In this document: piece by piece, positions 42,850-52,429 of the stretch
Layout of the letters: every line of letters begins with the position of its first letter
Position numbering within the stretch: the stretch's first letter is position 1
Virus record (IMG/VR): IMGVR_UViG_3300032296_002061
Span: 1 to 52,429 of that record
Direction: 5' to 3' (one strand)
DNA length: 52,429 nt
From: a virus
Lineage: Duplodnaviria; Caudoviricetes
The notes under the pieces: model-generated
What the model was told of the DNA's origin: nothing
The model's database searches: none
Seen by the model: the letters and a program-made list of their open reading frames with translations, nothing else
Translations under genes and position numbers: made by a program

Positions 42850-45090
42850 ATGCCACGCATCATCGACGTAGATACCGAAGCATTTGCTCCGACTTACCAG
42901 AAGGCTTACAAAGAGCGTGAGCCACTCGGTGATGTTTCGCGTCGTCGCATGGCAGCGGACTTGCAGCTCCTTGGCCAAGCCATGCCTTATGTCAGCGAGG
43001 GCATTAAGGGCATCGACCAGTACGTGGTGACGCCAATTCAGCAGGCGATGAAGGAAAGCCGCGAGGAAGAGTACAAAGCCAAGAAAGCGGGCGAGATGCC
43101 GTTTGAGATTAGCGAAACGACGAGGCAGAAGATCGCCAAACAGCGATTGGCCGAGAAGGAAAAGCAAAAGCCGTTCGATACCTCTGCTTGGGAAAAGGAA
43201 GCAGAGGAGATGTACGACATCACCAAGATGAAGGGCGCCCCAGACTTGGAAGCTCAGCGTCCAGATTACGGTGCTGTTGGCGAAGAAGCAGCCAAGATGT
43301 TCAGCGAAAAGCGTCCTGAATTTGGTGAGCTTAGCGTTCCGGTCGGCGAAGCCGGTACCGATGCGATGATCGCCCGTCAGCGCGTAGAGCAGCAAATGGC
43401 GCAACGGTTGAAGGAGCAAGAGCAGGCTGGCCCAGTTACTCGGCCAACGGTAATCGCTCGTCATCCCGTTACGGGTGAACTGCGTGCTGTCGCTGGTCAG
43501 CCAAGTGCCGGCTTGGAGCGCGGTAGCCCAGCTTATGAAATGGAAGTTTCTCGTCAGCGCACGGGATTGCCGCGCAAACCCGCTGCTGCCACCCCCGCCG
43601 AGCCTGCGCCTACCCGCATGATGCCCGAGCACCCGGTTCCGACCGGATACCAGTGGCCCGCCCGTGGGCGGTATACTGCGCCTGGCGCGCCGACTGAGGG
43701 CTTTGCTGGCGCTGAGGCTCCTGCCGAGCCTACGCAAACCGCGCAGATGGCCAAGACCGCTACCACCACTGCCCGTGCTGGTGCGCGTACCGAAGCAGAG
43801 CCTGTGGCTCCGACCGAGCCTGCCAAGCCCAAGACGCTGGCGACCGTGACGGATGACGAACTATCGGACGTGAAGCGTCGACTGGAGAAGATGGTCGAGC
43901 AAGATCCTGAAGACAAGGAACTTGCTAACCGTCTTGAGATGGTGAACTTGGAGCAGCGGCATCGCGGCGAGAAGATCGAATTTGAGGATTGGGCTCCGAT
44001 GGCCCGTGCTGCCGATACGGTAGAAGAGCAGCGCAAGGTCTTGGAGTTGGCCAAGCGCGTGCGGATGCCGGTCGAGGGATTTGAAAGCCTGCTGACCAGT
44101 CCGTTTGAGCGGGCCAAGCTTAAGGCGCTGGGCGCTAAGGGCGAGAAGGGCTTGTTCCCTGAAGTGGCGCGGCCGCTTACTAGCTGGGAGATTGATAAGA
44201 AGCAAACCGAGATTCGGATCAACCAGTTGAAGGCTCAAGGTCTATCGGACAAGCAAGCTGCTGACCAGGCTCTGGCCGAGAAGCGGCGGGCGGATGCGGG
44301 ATTGTCTCGTGCGAGAACCGAAACTGAAGAGACGTTGCGTGAGCCGCGATACGCAGCGGCTGCGGAAAAGCCTTTCCTTATGCACTCGCAAGAAGAACTT
44401 AACGAGGCAAAGCGACAAGAAGTGCTTGGCTTGTTGCCTAAGAAAATCCAGAAGTACGATGCCGATATTGCGCGATTGCGCAGGATGGCGGCAGCAAAGT
44501 CTGGTGGCCGGGGTCTTTCTAAGGAAGACATCGAATGGGCCAAGCTTTGGGAAAAGGATTGGGATAAGGCTGTTGATAATGCTGCCAATGTAGCCACAAC
44601 TGCTAAGCGAGAAGCTGTAACGTTGGAGCGTCAAGCCGCTGCGGCCCAGATGGAAGCCGAAGGAAAGGCTGGGGATTACAAGGAGTACGAGAAGATATTT
44701 GCCAAGATTTCTCCATACGATCCCAACTACGCAAAGGTTCAGGCTGACCTGTTTGAGAAACGCGCTGCGGCGGGTGCGGCTCAGCGTTCCGCTACCCTTG
44801 CCAAGGCTAACTTTGAAGCAGCACGAACAGCTTCTGGTGAAGCGCAGACTAAGCTGGAACAAGCGCAAAAAGCCGGTGATGAAGGCCGGCAGCACTTGCG
44901 GTTTATTTACGGTCGATCTGGCCCAGGTCGAGCAGAAGCGGGTGCGGCTCCTGCTGCTCCGACTGCTCCTGCCAAGCCGGCTACGACACCCGCTAAGGCT
45001 GCCGTTGCTCACAAGGAAGGCGACAAGTCCAAAGACAAAAATGGCAAACCAATTGTTTGGCATGACGGAAAATGGACCTACCCGGACTAA
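42850..45090 (+). CDS. Internal virion / ejection protein (medium)
   Basis: 746 aa, charged and helical; C-terminal GD...NGKPIVWHDGKW. Confidence 0.6.
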   Translation: MPRIIDVDTEAFAPTYQKAYKEREPLGDVSRRRMAADLQLLGQAMPYVSEGIKGIDQYVVTPIQQAMKESREEEYKAKKAGEMPFEISETTRQKIAKQRLAEKEKQKPFDTSAWEKEAEEMYDITKMKGAPDLEAQRPDYGAVGEEAAKMFSEKRPEFGELSVPVGEAGTDAMIARQRVEQQMAQRLKEQEQAGPVTRPTVIARHPVTGELRAVAGQPSAGLERGSPAYEMEVSRQRTGLPRKPAAATPAEPAPTRMMPEHPVPTGYQWPARGRYTAPGAPTEGFAGAEAPAEPTQTAQMAKTATTTARAGARTEAEPVAPTEPAKPKTLATVTDDELSDVKRRLEKMVEQDPEDKELANRLEMVNLEQRHRGEKIEFEDWAPMARAADTVEEQRKVLELAKRVRMPVEGFESLLTSPFERAKLKALGAKGEKGLFPEVARPLTSWEIDKKQTEIRINQLKAQGLSDKQAADQALAEKRRADAGLSRARTETEETLREPRYAAAAEKPFLMHSQEELNEAKRQEVLGLLPKKIQKYDADIARLRRMAAAKSGGRGLSKEDIEWAKLWEKDWDKAVDNAANVATTAKREAVTLERQAAAAQMEAEGKAGDYKEYEKIFAKISPYDPNYAKVQADLFEKRAAAGAAQRSATLAKANFEAARTASGEAQTKLEQAQKAGDEGRQHLRFIYGRSGPGRAEAGAAPAAPTAPAKPATTPAKAAVAHKEGDKSKDKNGKPIVWHDGKWTYPD

Positions 45091-45116
45091 CAACCTTTCA
45101 TTAAAGGGTTTCGGTT

Positions 45117-48100
45117 ATGCCAACACCAGTCCCAGAAGATATGCTGCCAGATGAACTGAAGCCGGTTGCTCCCAAGGCGCCAACAAAGGCCCCGCGAGCA
45201 GTTCCGTTGGACATGTTGCCGGATGAACTGAAGCCTGTAACTGAAGAAGAGCCGTCGCTTGCTCGCCAACTGGGCCGTTCGCTAGCCGCCGGCAAGACCG
45301 GCAAAGGCTTGGCTATCGGCGAGGCCATCGGCGCTGCGTTTGGTGCTCCGACCGCTGGCGCTACTATTGGCGCGGGTATCGGCAAGCTGCTTGAGCCTGC
45401 ACCTCCGTTGGGTGAGCGCATTAAAGCTGGTGTTGCCAAGGTTGAGCCGTATAAGCCACGGCCCGTACCTGTGGCAGAGAAGATCGCTGAGCCAGAGCCG
45501 GTTGGTTTGCCTGAAGAGGCAATGAAAGTAAAGGCTGAAGAAGTGCCAGAAGCTGAGGGCACGCTGTGGGCGCTGTCTCCGTGGGCTATGGGACAACGCC
45601 TTGCTGAGGCCACTACTCGGTCCGCTCGTTCTGCGTTTGGAGAAACCAAGGGAACGCAGAAGCTTGAAGAGCCAACGATGCCCGATCCAGATAAGCCTCG
45701 ACCACCTGATGTCGAGTCTCCTATGTATCGGTCGATGTTTGCTATTGAAGACAGTCCAGTCGAGCGTCTTGTCAAGCAGCAGGCTTGGGATGAGATGCAG
45801 AAAGACCCTAAGCTTGCTGAGAAAGTGCGACGAGACTGGGCCGCAACCTATGCTTCGCGTGAAGCACGTGGTGCGCCGAAGACTTCCGAGAGTTTGCCTG
45901 AGCGTTTGGATTGGCCTTGGCTTGAAACTATAGCTATGCCGCCTGATCCTGATCAACCTCGCCCATCAGCGTCCAGTATTCGGATGCTCGATACAGCAGG
46001 AGAAGCTGAAAGCACTGTTTTGGGCAGCGACGATACTGTATGGGACGAGATGCAGAGAGATCCCAAGCTGGCTGAAAAAGCCCGCCAAGAATGGGCAAAG
46101 GTTTATGCTGCACGTGAGGCTCGTGGTCAACCTCGTATTCAGGAAGGCATTCTTCCTGAGCGAATGAGGCCAGCCAAAGAACAGGTTGCTAAAGAGCGTG
46201 AAGAACGACGAGTAACCGGTATTCTTCCAGCAATTTATCAACCTGCATACAATCTTGGCCTTGATGTAACAACCAATCTTGCTGGTTTGGCTGACATGGC
46301 TTTCCGCATGTTTGGGCCAGCGACCGTGCCATCAACGCCAGAGGTACAGTTTGCCAAGAAGAAGTTGAAAGAAGCTGAAGCTAGTGGCGACAAGAAACGG
46401 ATTCAAGACGAGCAGGCTCGATTTGAGGAAGCCAAACAACGTGCGATTGGCGGCGAGGTTGGCACGGGCCTTGGCATGATGCCTGGTCAGGTCGCCGGTT
46501 TGCTTGAGGGGCTGGCCGATCCAAGCGGCGCGAATACGGCCTTAACTCATATGTTTAGCTTGTGGACCACGCTTGGCGATCCTGCGATCGGTGGGTACAA
46601 GTACCTGAAGGCTGCCGACCCTGTGATGTTTGCTAAGGTCGAGCGCGGTATTAATACTGCTGTTCGCAAGAGATTTCGACCAGTCATCAATCTGCTTCCT
46701 GAGCGTCTCAGGAACGCTGTCAGTCGTGGGTACAACAAGCTTGTTCAGTACATGGCAGACCGCCTTTATGTAGGCGACAAGGAAATGTCCGCTATTCTGG
46801 ACTCAATCGTTAAAGATCCAGAACAGATGCAAGCAGCCGCAGACTTGCTTGAGCGTCGTATCAAGAAAGGCGACATCAAGATTGTTAAGCAAGACTTGGT
46901 GCCCGTCGACTTGAGCTATACCCCAGCCGACGATGTGGTTGCTGCTAGGGCTGCTGTGCGAAAGGCTGAACAGACTGGTGCTCGCGCTGAGGCGATGAAA
47001 GCCGTCAAGACAAAGGCTGAAGAGTCGGCGGCTAAGATCAACGAGCTTCGCAAAGACATCAAGGAGCTTAAGAAGCAAGCAGCTCAGATTGATAAGCAAA
47101 TCACTAAGGCTACGGAAACGGGAGACAAGTTAAAGCTCAAGCAACAACAGGAGGTTCTGAAGGCCGCTCGCTTGCAACAAGAGGCTCGCCTTAAGGCTGA
47201 ACTAAATATCTTGAGGCAGCGCGAGAAAGCCAAGGTAGCCTCTGAAGAGGTTATGGAGCGTGGTGTTGGTTTGGCTGAGGAAGCCAAGTCTCGCACCGCA
47301 GACAAAGCCATTATGGAGGCTTTGGCTGAGATGGAGCGACGCCAAGCTGCGGCAGAAGAAGCGCGTGTTCGCGGTGTCCAAGTTGAGGACGTGTTGCGCG
47401 AGCGCACCGAGAAGGCTCGTGCCGATCTACAAGCACGCGAGCGAGCAGCAGCAGACGCCGCTGCGCTTGCTGGCCTTGAGATGACCGAAGCGGTTAAGGG
47501 GATGGAAGGTGGGAAAGAAGCAGTAGAGGCAGCACGTAAAGCCGCCACTGCTCCTTCGCGTTTCGTCGCTGGCGCTGAGCGTTCAGCCAAAGCGGCAGCA
47601 GAAGCAGCTAAAACCGCTGGTGTGCGTCCTGAGGTGTCGCTTGGTCGAATCTATGTACCACGCGAAAAGCTAACCGGCGCTGAGTTGCTAGAAGGTGTGC
47701 CAACGGTTCGTGTAGCCGAGGGAGAAAGATTTCTCGGCGACATGGTGCCGGAACAAGCTCGCATTATTCAAGACCTAGCAACCAAAGCCAGCGATTACAA
47801 GAAGCAAGCCGTTCAAGCTGGATTCAATCCAGACGCCCCAATCACGCCAGAAGCCGCACGTAAGGTCGGTGTTCCAGAAAATAGCACCGTTTACACCGCA
47901 GCACGCCGACTCGCTGAGCACATCGATTCCATCAAGGCTGACCCAGGCCTATTGACCGAGTTCTTGGAATCGCAAGGCATTGAGCGTGGTGTTCCAGAAG
48001 CTACGCGCTGGCTGAAGACTGAGATCGAAGCGCAGAATGCAGCGGTAGGTATGATCGAGCCTACCTATGGCGCAGTGCGTCGGCCCACACCTGTTCGTGA

Positions 48101-51100
48101 GCAATACGAGGTTATGCGCACTGGCAGAGTCGCGCCCCGCGAGAAGGCAATGGAGTCAGCTTACGAGCGACTTGCTGAGCCGCTTAAGGAAGGCGAAGAA
48201 CTGCCGTCTGCCGAAGAACGCACGCTCAATCGCGTGCTCGACGAGATGTCGCAGTACAGCACCGAGCGTGAGCCGCCCAAGAGCATCAAGACCGATAACG
48301 AAGAGTTCAATGCGTTTATGCAGAGGTATGCCAAGCAAGTTCGCGAACTTGGTTCGTTTGGCGAGGAGTTGCCTGAGCCTCCGATGGATATGGAGACGCC
48401 GGACGCGCCGCCGCCACCTGGGGAACCGCTAGTCAACAAGTGGGCTCGGCGTGAGATCGACGCGGGCCGCAAGATTCTTACGCCAGAGCGCATCTTCCAA
48501 CGCCTGACCAATGCTCTATTGAACGATACCGTGCAGTTGACGTTGCACTCGCCTCAGTTTCGCACGTACTTGATGAATCTGGTCAACAGGCGCCTTGATG
48601 AAACCGGACTCAACAAAGCCGAGAAGAAGCAGGCCCGCATCGAGATTGGCAAGCTGATTAGCGACCCCAAGCGGATGTCGACGCACAGCAAAGAGAAGTT
48701 CCCGGTTATCTCGTTTCAAGGCAATCCGATTCTGAAGGTCGACGACTTCATCGAAGCGGCTGAAAGGTTGGAACCAGCCATCGTCAACGAAGCTCGCGCT
48801 CGTACTATCCAGCATACTGCCAATGAGATGAACCGCTCGTCAGCAGCACTGGCAACACAGCACGGCATCGCGTCCGAGATGAATCGGTTTCGCTATGAAC
48901 CTGGAACCAACAACCCGCGTAAGTTGCCAGATGGAACCGTTGTGGCGACGCAAGGTGCGCAAGGTTACGCGATTCAGTTGGCTCACGATGTAGTGCTAAA
49001 TAACGAAACCTTGCCACTTATCATGCCGTATGCTGGCAAGAAGGTTGGCCAAGTATTGCGCGACATTTTGGATGACAATCCGAATATGTCGGAAAAGTTC
49101 AAGCCTAAGATGGACGAGGCGCAACGCACACGACTACGCCAGTTAATCGACCATGTGGAGCGGTTTGACGCTGCGCAGATGGAGAACGCGCCAGACGGCT
49201 CGATCCAGTCCCGGTTCACCAATGCCCTAAACAACCTGTACGCAAAGACATTCGTTGGCACTGATGCCAAGCCGCCAGAGTTCTACAACGTGCATATGGA
49301 TCCAGCTGTGCTGCGAGCCATGGAGTCTATCTTTCAAGACTTGGGCGGCGGGCCCATGTACGATGGGTTGACTGGCGCGCTTATTGGTTTGAGCAAAGCC
49401 GCACAACGTAATGTCGTACCGCTTAACCTTGTCTCGCTTATCAACAACAATCTATCTAATACTTTGTTTCAAGTAGTGTCACGTGGTGATGCAAACTTCC
49501 TGCCGCGTCTATTTACGACCACCTACAAGTACGGTAAGTACATGGACGGCGAAACCGCTGGTCTTAGTCCTGCCGAGATTCGCAAGTTTGAAGCTATCAA
49601 TCGACACGCTCCGCTTGGTCATACCCAGTACGCCAATCAATTGACCAAATCCAATTGGTGGCAAGAACTCAAACGCGAACAAGGTTTGAATACCACCAAG
49701 ATGGGCCGCATTCTGTCTGGACCGTTTGATGGTTATGGCAAGTTTACTGAGATGATGACCGATGCTTATTCCAAGTACGGCGACGTTCCGTTCCGTATGG
49801 AAGAGATGGACTTCATCTACGATAACTTGAGTCAAAAGATTAATTCGATGGAAGTTGGTGGCGACATCGAGATCCCGATTAGTCGCCAGCGTGAAGTTCG
49901 TGTCACCAAGTTGGCTGATGACAAGTTCCAGATTCAGGATGTAGCTGGTCGCGAGCGTCCGATTACGGTTGAAGCTACTGACCCGCGTCTTGCCGATGTG
50001 TTCGCTGCTAACGCCAACTACATGCAAAACAAGAAGTTCTTGAACCCGAAGAACTTGGGCTTGTGGGGCCGATCGTTGCAGCGTGGTCCGTTGTCTTTCC
50101 TTTCTGGCATCTTCACTTGGTACCAAGGCGCGATGGACATTCCGTTCATTAAGCCTGGGTTGGGTCAAGAGATGATGTTTGGTGGGCCTAACTACAAGAC
50201 GACTTCCAAAGCTGTTCAAGTTACGCAGGCTAACGAGCATATGGCTCGCGCTTTGAAGCGCATCATTATGATTAACTCTGCGCAGACCGCGTTCTTGAAA
50301 CAGCGCGACCTACGTGAACTACGTCAATCGCAAGGTTACAACCCTTCGCTTGAAGCTACGATTCTGGCCGATGCCTCCAACCCTGCTTACATGAGGTTTC
50401 GCTCGCTTGACCCGATGATGTTTTTGACGCCATCGATCAACTTCTTGAATACGATAGTTAATGGTTTTGAGATCATGCGCTTTTCCCCTGTGTTCAACGA
50501 GCCAGACTTCTACGCCAAGGTCGCTTTGGCTGATGAGGATTGGGCGAATTACTCCGATGAGCAGCTTGCGATTCTGCCTCCTAAGCTTGCTGAGTACGGC
50601 AAAGAAATGCGTGAGTTGTCCAAGTCTGATCCTGAGGCATACAAGAATCGTGCGCTTATCAAGCGTGACATGACTCGTTGGGCCAAGGGTGAGATTGGTA
50701 GTGCTGACCAGTTCTTGCAAACGCTTGGTTTGGCTGGTGGCCCTGCGCTCAACTGGCTGATGAAAATTAAAGAAGGAACGATGTCGTTTGATGAAGCCAG
50801 GCGCAAGTTGGCTGAGATGACCTTTGGCGTCACACCTGTGCGTATGGCCGACGTGGCTCTTGCTGGTCTGGGTGAGTTGGGTGTTAGTTCAGCGGGAGAG
50901 TTGTCGTCTTACGGCACCGACTTGGCTAAGTCTGGATTTCATGCGCAGTCGGAAACCGCTCCAGACGCATCGACTTTGGCCGAGTATGCCATGCGTCAAA
51001 TCTTTGGCGTGGGCTGGAAGACGGCGTTCTACGGCACTGGCAACGAGAAGCTGGACGATGCCCGTGGCGTTCCGCGTTTGTTGATGTACTTGAACAAGAT

Positions 51101-51344
51101 GCGAAGCGACTTGAGGAAGTCGATCGGGAAATCGGCTCGTAAGCAAGCGGTGCTGGCGCTTGGGGCCAACGCGACCGAAGAGCAGGTTCAGCGGCATGTT
51201 GAGAACAATGCTTACTATCAGGCCATGATGGCCGGCCTTGAGAAGGTATACAACGAAAGCAAGCAGACCCTGCTTCAGCAGCGCGATGCTTTGCGTGAGT
51301 CTCGCGAGAAGTACCCGGCGCCGGTTCTTGAACCTCGTCAATAA
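45117..51344 (+). CDS. Large internal virion / ejection protein
   Basis: 2075 aa, helical, with N-terminal internal repeats; podoviral position. Confidence 0.65.
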   Translation: MPTPVPEDMLPDELKPVAPKAPTKAPRAVPLDMLPDELKPVTEEEPSLARQLGRSLAAGKTGKGLAIGEAIGAAFGAPTAGATIGAGIGKLLEPAPPLGERIKAGVAKVEPYKPRPVPVAEKIAEPEPVGLPEEAMKVKAEEVPEAEGTLWALSPWAMGQRLAEATTRSARSAFGETKGTQKLEEPTMPDPDKPRPPDVESPMYRSMFAIEDSPVERLVKQQAWDEMQKDPKLAEKVRRDWAATYASREARGAPKTSESLPERLDWPWLETIAMPPDPDQPRPSASSIRMLDTAGEAESTVLGSDDTVWDEMQRDPKLAEKARQEWAKVYAAREARGQPRIQEGILPERMRPAKEQVAKEREERRVTGILPAIYQPAYNLGLDVTTNLAGLADMAFRMFGPATVPSTPEVQFAKKKLKEAEASGDKKRIQDEQARFEEAKQRAIGGEVGTGLGMMPGQVAGLLEGLADPSGANTALTHMFSLWTTLGDPAIGGYKYLKAADPVMFAKVERGINTAVRKRFRPVINLLPERLRNAVSRGYNKLVQYMADRLYVGDKEMSAILDSIVKDPEQMQAAADLLERRIKKGDIKIVKQDLVPVDLSYTPADDVVAARAAVRKAEQTGARAEAMKAVKTKAEESAAKINELRKDIKELKKQAAQIDKQITKATETGDKLKLKQQQEVLKAARLQQEARLKAELNILRQREKAKVASEEVMERGVGLAEEAKSRTADKAIMEALAEMERRQAAAEEARVRGVQVEDVLRERTEKARADLQARERAAADAAALAGLEMTEAVKGMEGGKEAVEAARKAATAPSRFVAGAERSAKAAAEAAKTAGVRPEVSLGRIYVPREKLTGAELLEGVPTVRVAEGERFLGDMVPEQARIIQDLATKASDYKKQAVQAGFNPDAPITPEAARKVGVPENSTVYTAARRLAEHIDSIKADPGLLTEFLESQGIERGVPEATRWLKTEIEAQNAAVGMIEPTYGAVRRPTPVREQYEVMRTGRVAPREKAMESAYERLAEPLKEGEELPSAEERTLNRVLDEMSQYSTEREPPKSIKTDNEEFNAFMQRYAKQVRELGSFGEELPEPPMDMETPDAPPPPGEPLVNKWARREIDAGRKILTPERIFQRLTNALLNDTVQLTLHSPQFRTYLMNLVNRRLDETGLNKAEKKQARIEIGKLISDPKRMSTHSKEKFPVISFQGNPILKVDDFIEAAERLEPAIVNEARARTIQHTANEMNRSSAALATQHGIASEMNRFRYEPGTNNPRKLPDGTVVATQGAQGYAIQLAHDVVLNNETLPLIMPYAGKKVGQVLRDILDDNPNMSEKFKPKMDEAQRTRLRQLIDHVERFDAAQMENAPDGSIQSRFTNALNNLYAKTFVGTDAKPPEFYNVHMDPAVLRAMESIFQDLGGGPMYDGLTGALIGLSKAAQRNVVPLNLVSLINNNLSNTLFQVVSRGDANFLPRLFTTTYKYGKYMDGETAGLSPAEIRKFEAINRHAPLGHTQYANQLTKSNWWQELKREQGLNTTKMGRILSGPFDGYGKFTEMMTDAYSKYGDVPFRMEEMDFIYDNLSQKINSMEVGGDIEIPISRQREVRVTKLADDKFQIQDVAGRERPITVEATDPRLADVFAANANYMQNKKFLNPKNLGLWGRSLQRGPLSFLSGIFTWYQGAMDIPFIKPGLGQEMMFGGPNYKTTSKAVQVTQANEHMARALKRIIMINSAQTAFLKQRDLRELRQSQGYNPSLEATILADASNPAYMRFRSLDPMMFLTPSINFLNTIVNGFEIMRFSPVFNEPDFYAKVALADEDWANYSDEQLAILPPKLAEYGKEMRELSKSDPEAYKNRALIKRDMTRWAKGEIGSADQFLQTLGLAGGPALNWLMKIKEGTMSFDEARRKLAEMTFGVTPVRMADVALAGLGELGVSSAGELSSYGTDLAKSGFHAQSETAPDASTLAEYAMRQIFGVGWKTAFYGTGNEKLDDARGVPRLLMYLNKMRSDLRKSIGKSARKQAVLALGANATEEQVQRHVENNAYYQAMMAGLEKVYNESKQTLLQQRDALRESREKYPAPVLEPRQ

Positions 51345-51398
51345 CCTCTAGACTCCATGCGCTTGTTCCGATAGTCTTGCGGCACGAACGGAGGAATC

Positions 51399-51812
51399 AT
51401 GTTTCACGCATCGCGCACCCTGAAGAACGGAGCCACTGAAGCTGAACGCAAGGTGCTTGATGCTACCGCAGCGAACAATCCTCCGGTCAGTTCCCTGCCT
51501 AACCGCACTGCGCCGATGGTTCCCCGTGGCCAGTGGCAGAATATCGACTTGATTACCTTTACCGCCCTGACCAACTTCGATATTGGCATCTGGTGGTGGT
51601 ACGAGTCGGCCAAGCTTTGGGTGCTGGATACCAATCTTGGTGGCGCAGCCGGTGTTGACAAAGGCTTCTTCCGCGTCGACCACACTGATGGCGTGGTTCG
51701 CATTCCGATTCTGGACAACAACAAGTCTGCTTGTGCTGATGGTCTGTACCTTGAAGTGAAGAACTTGGGTGCCGGTGCCAACCCGAAAGTCTGGCTTCAG
51801 GGTCAGCAGTAA
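51399..51812 (+). CDS. Hypothetical structural protein
   Basis: GGAGG RBS; beta-rich. Confidence 0.6.
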   Translation: MFHASRTLKNGATEAERKVLDATAANNPPVSSLPNRTAPMVPRGQWQNIDLITFTALTNFDIGIWWWYESAKLWVLDTNLGGAAGVDKGFFRVDHTDGVVRIPILDNNKSACADGLYLEVKNLGAGANPKVWLQGQQ

Positions 51813-52042
51813 TGGATGGGGCTGTTGGTATGAATGCGGTCATCGCTTTGATCTCTGCTGGAGTATCAACAATCGTCACGGTTGTTACCGCAGTGGCTTG
51901 GCTGAAGACTCAGTTTGCCGAACTAGGCGAGCGGCTGGCTAAGGCGGAAACTTTGCACAAGTCGCTGCACGACCGTGTTGAGAAACTGGAAGACGCTCGC
52001 GAAGAGGATGTGCGTCGGGCTTTGTCCAGGATTGCATCGTGA
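51812..52042 (+). CDS. Small membrane protein with coiled coil
   Basis: One N-terminal hydrophobic segment followed by LHDRVEKLE. Confidence 0.6.
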   Translation: MDGAVGMNAVIALISAGVSTIVTVVTAVAWLKTQFAELGERLAKAETLHKSLHDRVEKLEDAREEDVRRALSRIAS

Positions 52043-52429
52043 GCAACAGACAGGGTGTGGCGTATGACGCAGATAACCTCGTCACGCTGACGCCAGGTAG
52101 TCTGACCTTTAACGGCACGACCTACGACATCGCTGCTTCAGGTAGCGCGGCTGCGGCATTGCAGGCTGCTTTGATTGCGCAAGCTACGGCCAACGCGGCG
52201 CTGCCCAAGGCCGGCGGCACGATGACCGGCGCCATCAACATGAGCAACCAGCAAATCAATATGCTGGGCGCTCCTCTTGTATCGACCGATGCTGCGACCA
52301 AGGGTTACGTTGATACGTCCGTGGTCGGCTTGCTTGACCTTCAGGGCACGATTGATTGCAGCACCAACCCGAACTACCCGGCAGCCAACAAGGGCGACGT
52401 ATGGGTTGTGTCGGTGGCCGGTCTTATTG
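52039..52429 (+). CDS. Tail fibre, 5' part (continues at position 1 on the circle)
   Basis: GTG start; LPKAGGTMTGAINM..DAATKGYVD motifs; open to the window end. Confidence 0.8.
   Translation, partial: MSNRQGVAYDADNLVTLTPGSLTFNGTTYDIAASGSAAAALQAALIAQATANAALPKAGGTMTGAINMSNQQINMLGAPLVSTDAATKGYVDTSVVGLLDLQGTIDCSTNPNYPAANKGDVWVVSVAGLI
52307..52429. repeat. Terminal direct repeat / circular overlap (copy 2)
   Basis: Identical to 1-123. Confidence 0.97.

Noticed and set aside
52307-52429. 123-bp terminal repeat as a biological phage terminus
   Set aside because: It falls inside the tail-fibre coding sequence, as expected for an assembler circular overlap

Overview
The window is a complete, circularly assembled tailed-phage genome of about 52.3 kb: positions 1-123 are identical to 52307-52429, and the tail-fibre gene runs across that junction. 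The gene set is podovirus-like, with TerL, scaffold, major capsid protein, portal, adaptor, nozzle and three ejection-type proteins, and no tape measure or sheath. A leftward early arm (about 3150-15000) carries many small genes, an ERF/exonuclease recombination pair and two C5 methyltransferases. An iteron-rich origin-like region (about 15700-16090) is followed by a rightward arm with a VapE helicase, SSB, SF2 helicase, VRR-NUC, an HTH plus serine recombinase pair (minus strand), and the virion and lysis genes. Four observations stand out. (1) An HDV-like self-cleaving ribozyme with all the canonical elements lies in the early transcript (14009-14075, minus). (2) A CCA-ending tRNA-like element and a boxA-like site lie just behind the early promoter. 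(3) A short helix motif, IA[KRQ]xRL, is shared by eight mostly unrelated late/virion proteins and is a candidate capsid cargo-loading tag. (4) One 90-100 aa module is inserted in three different tail proteins. All calls come from reading motifs by eye; no searches were run.
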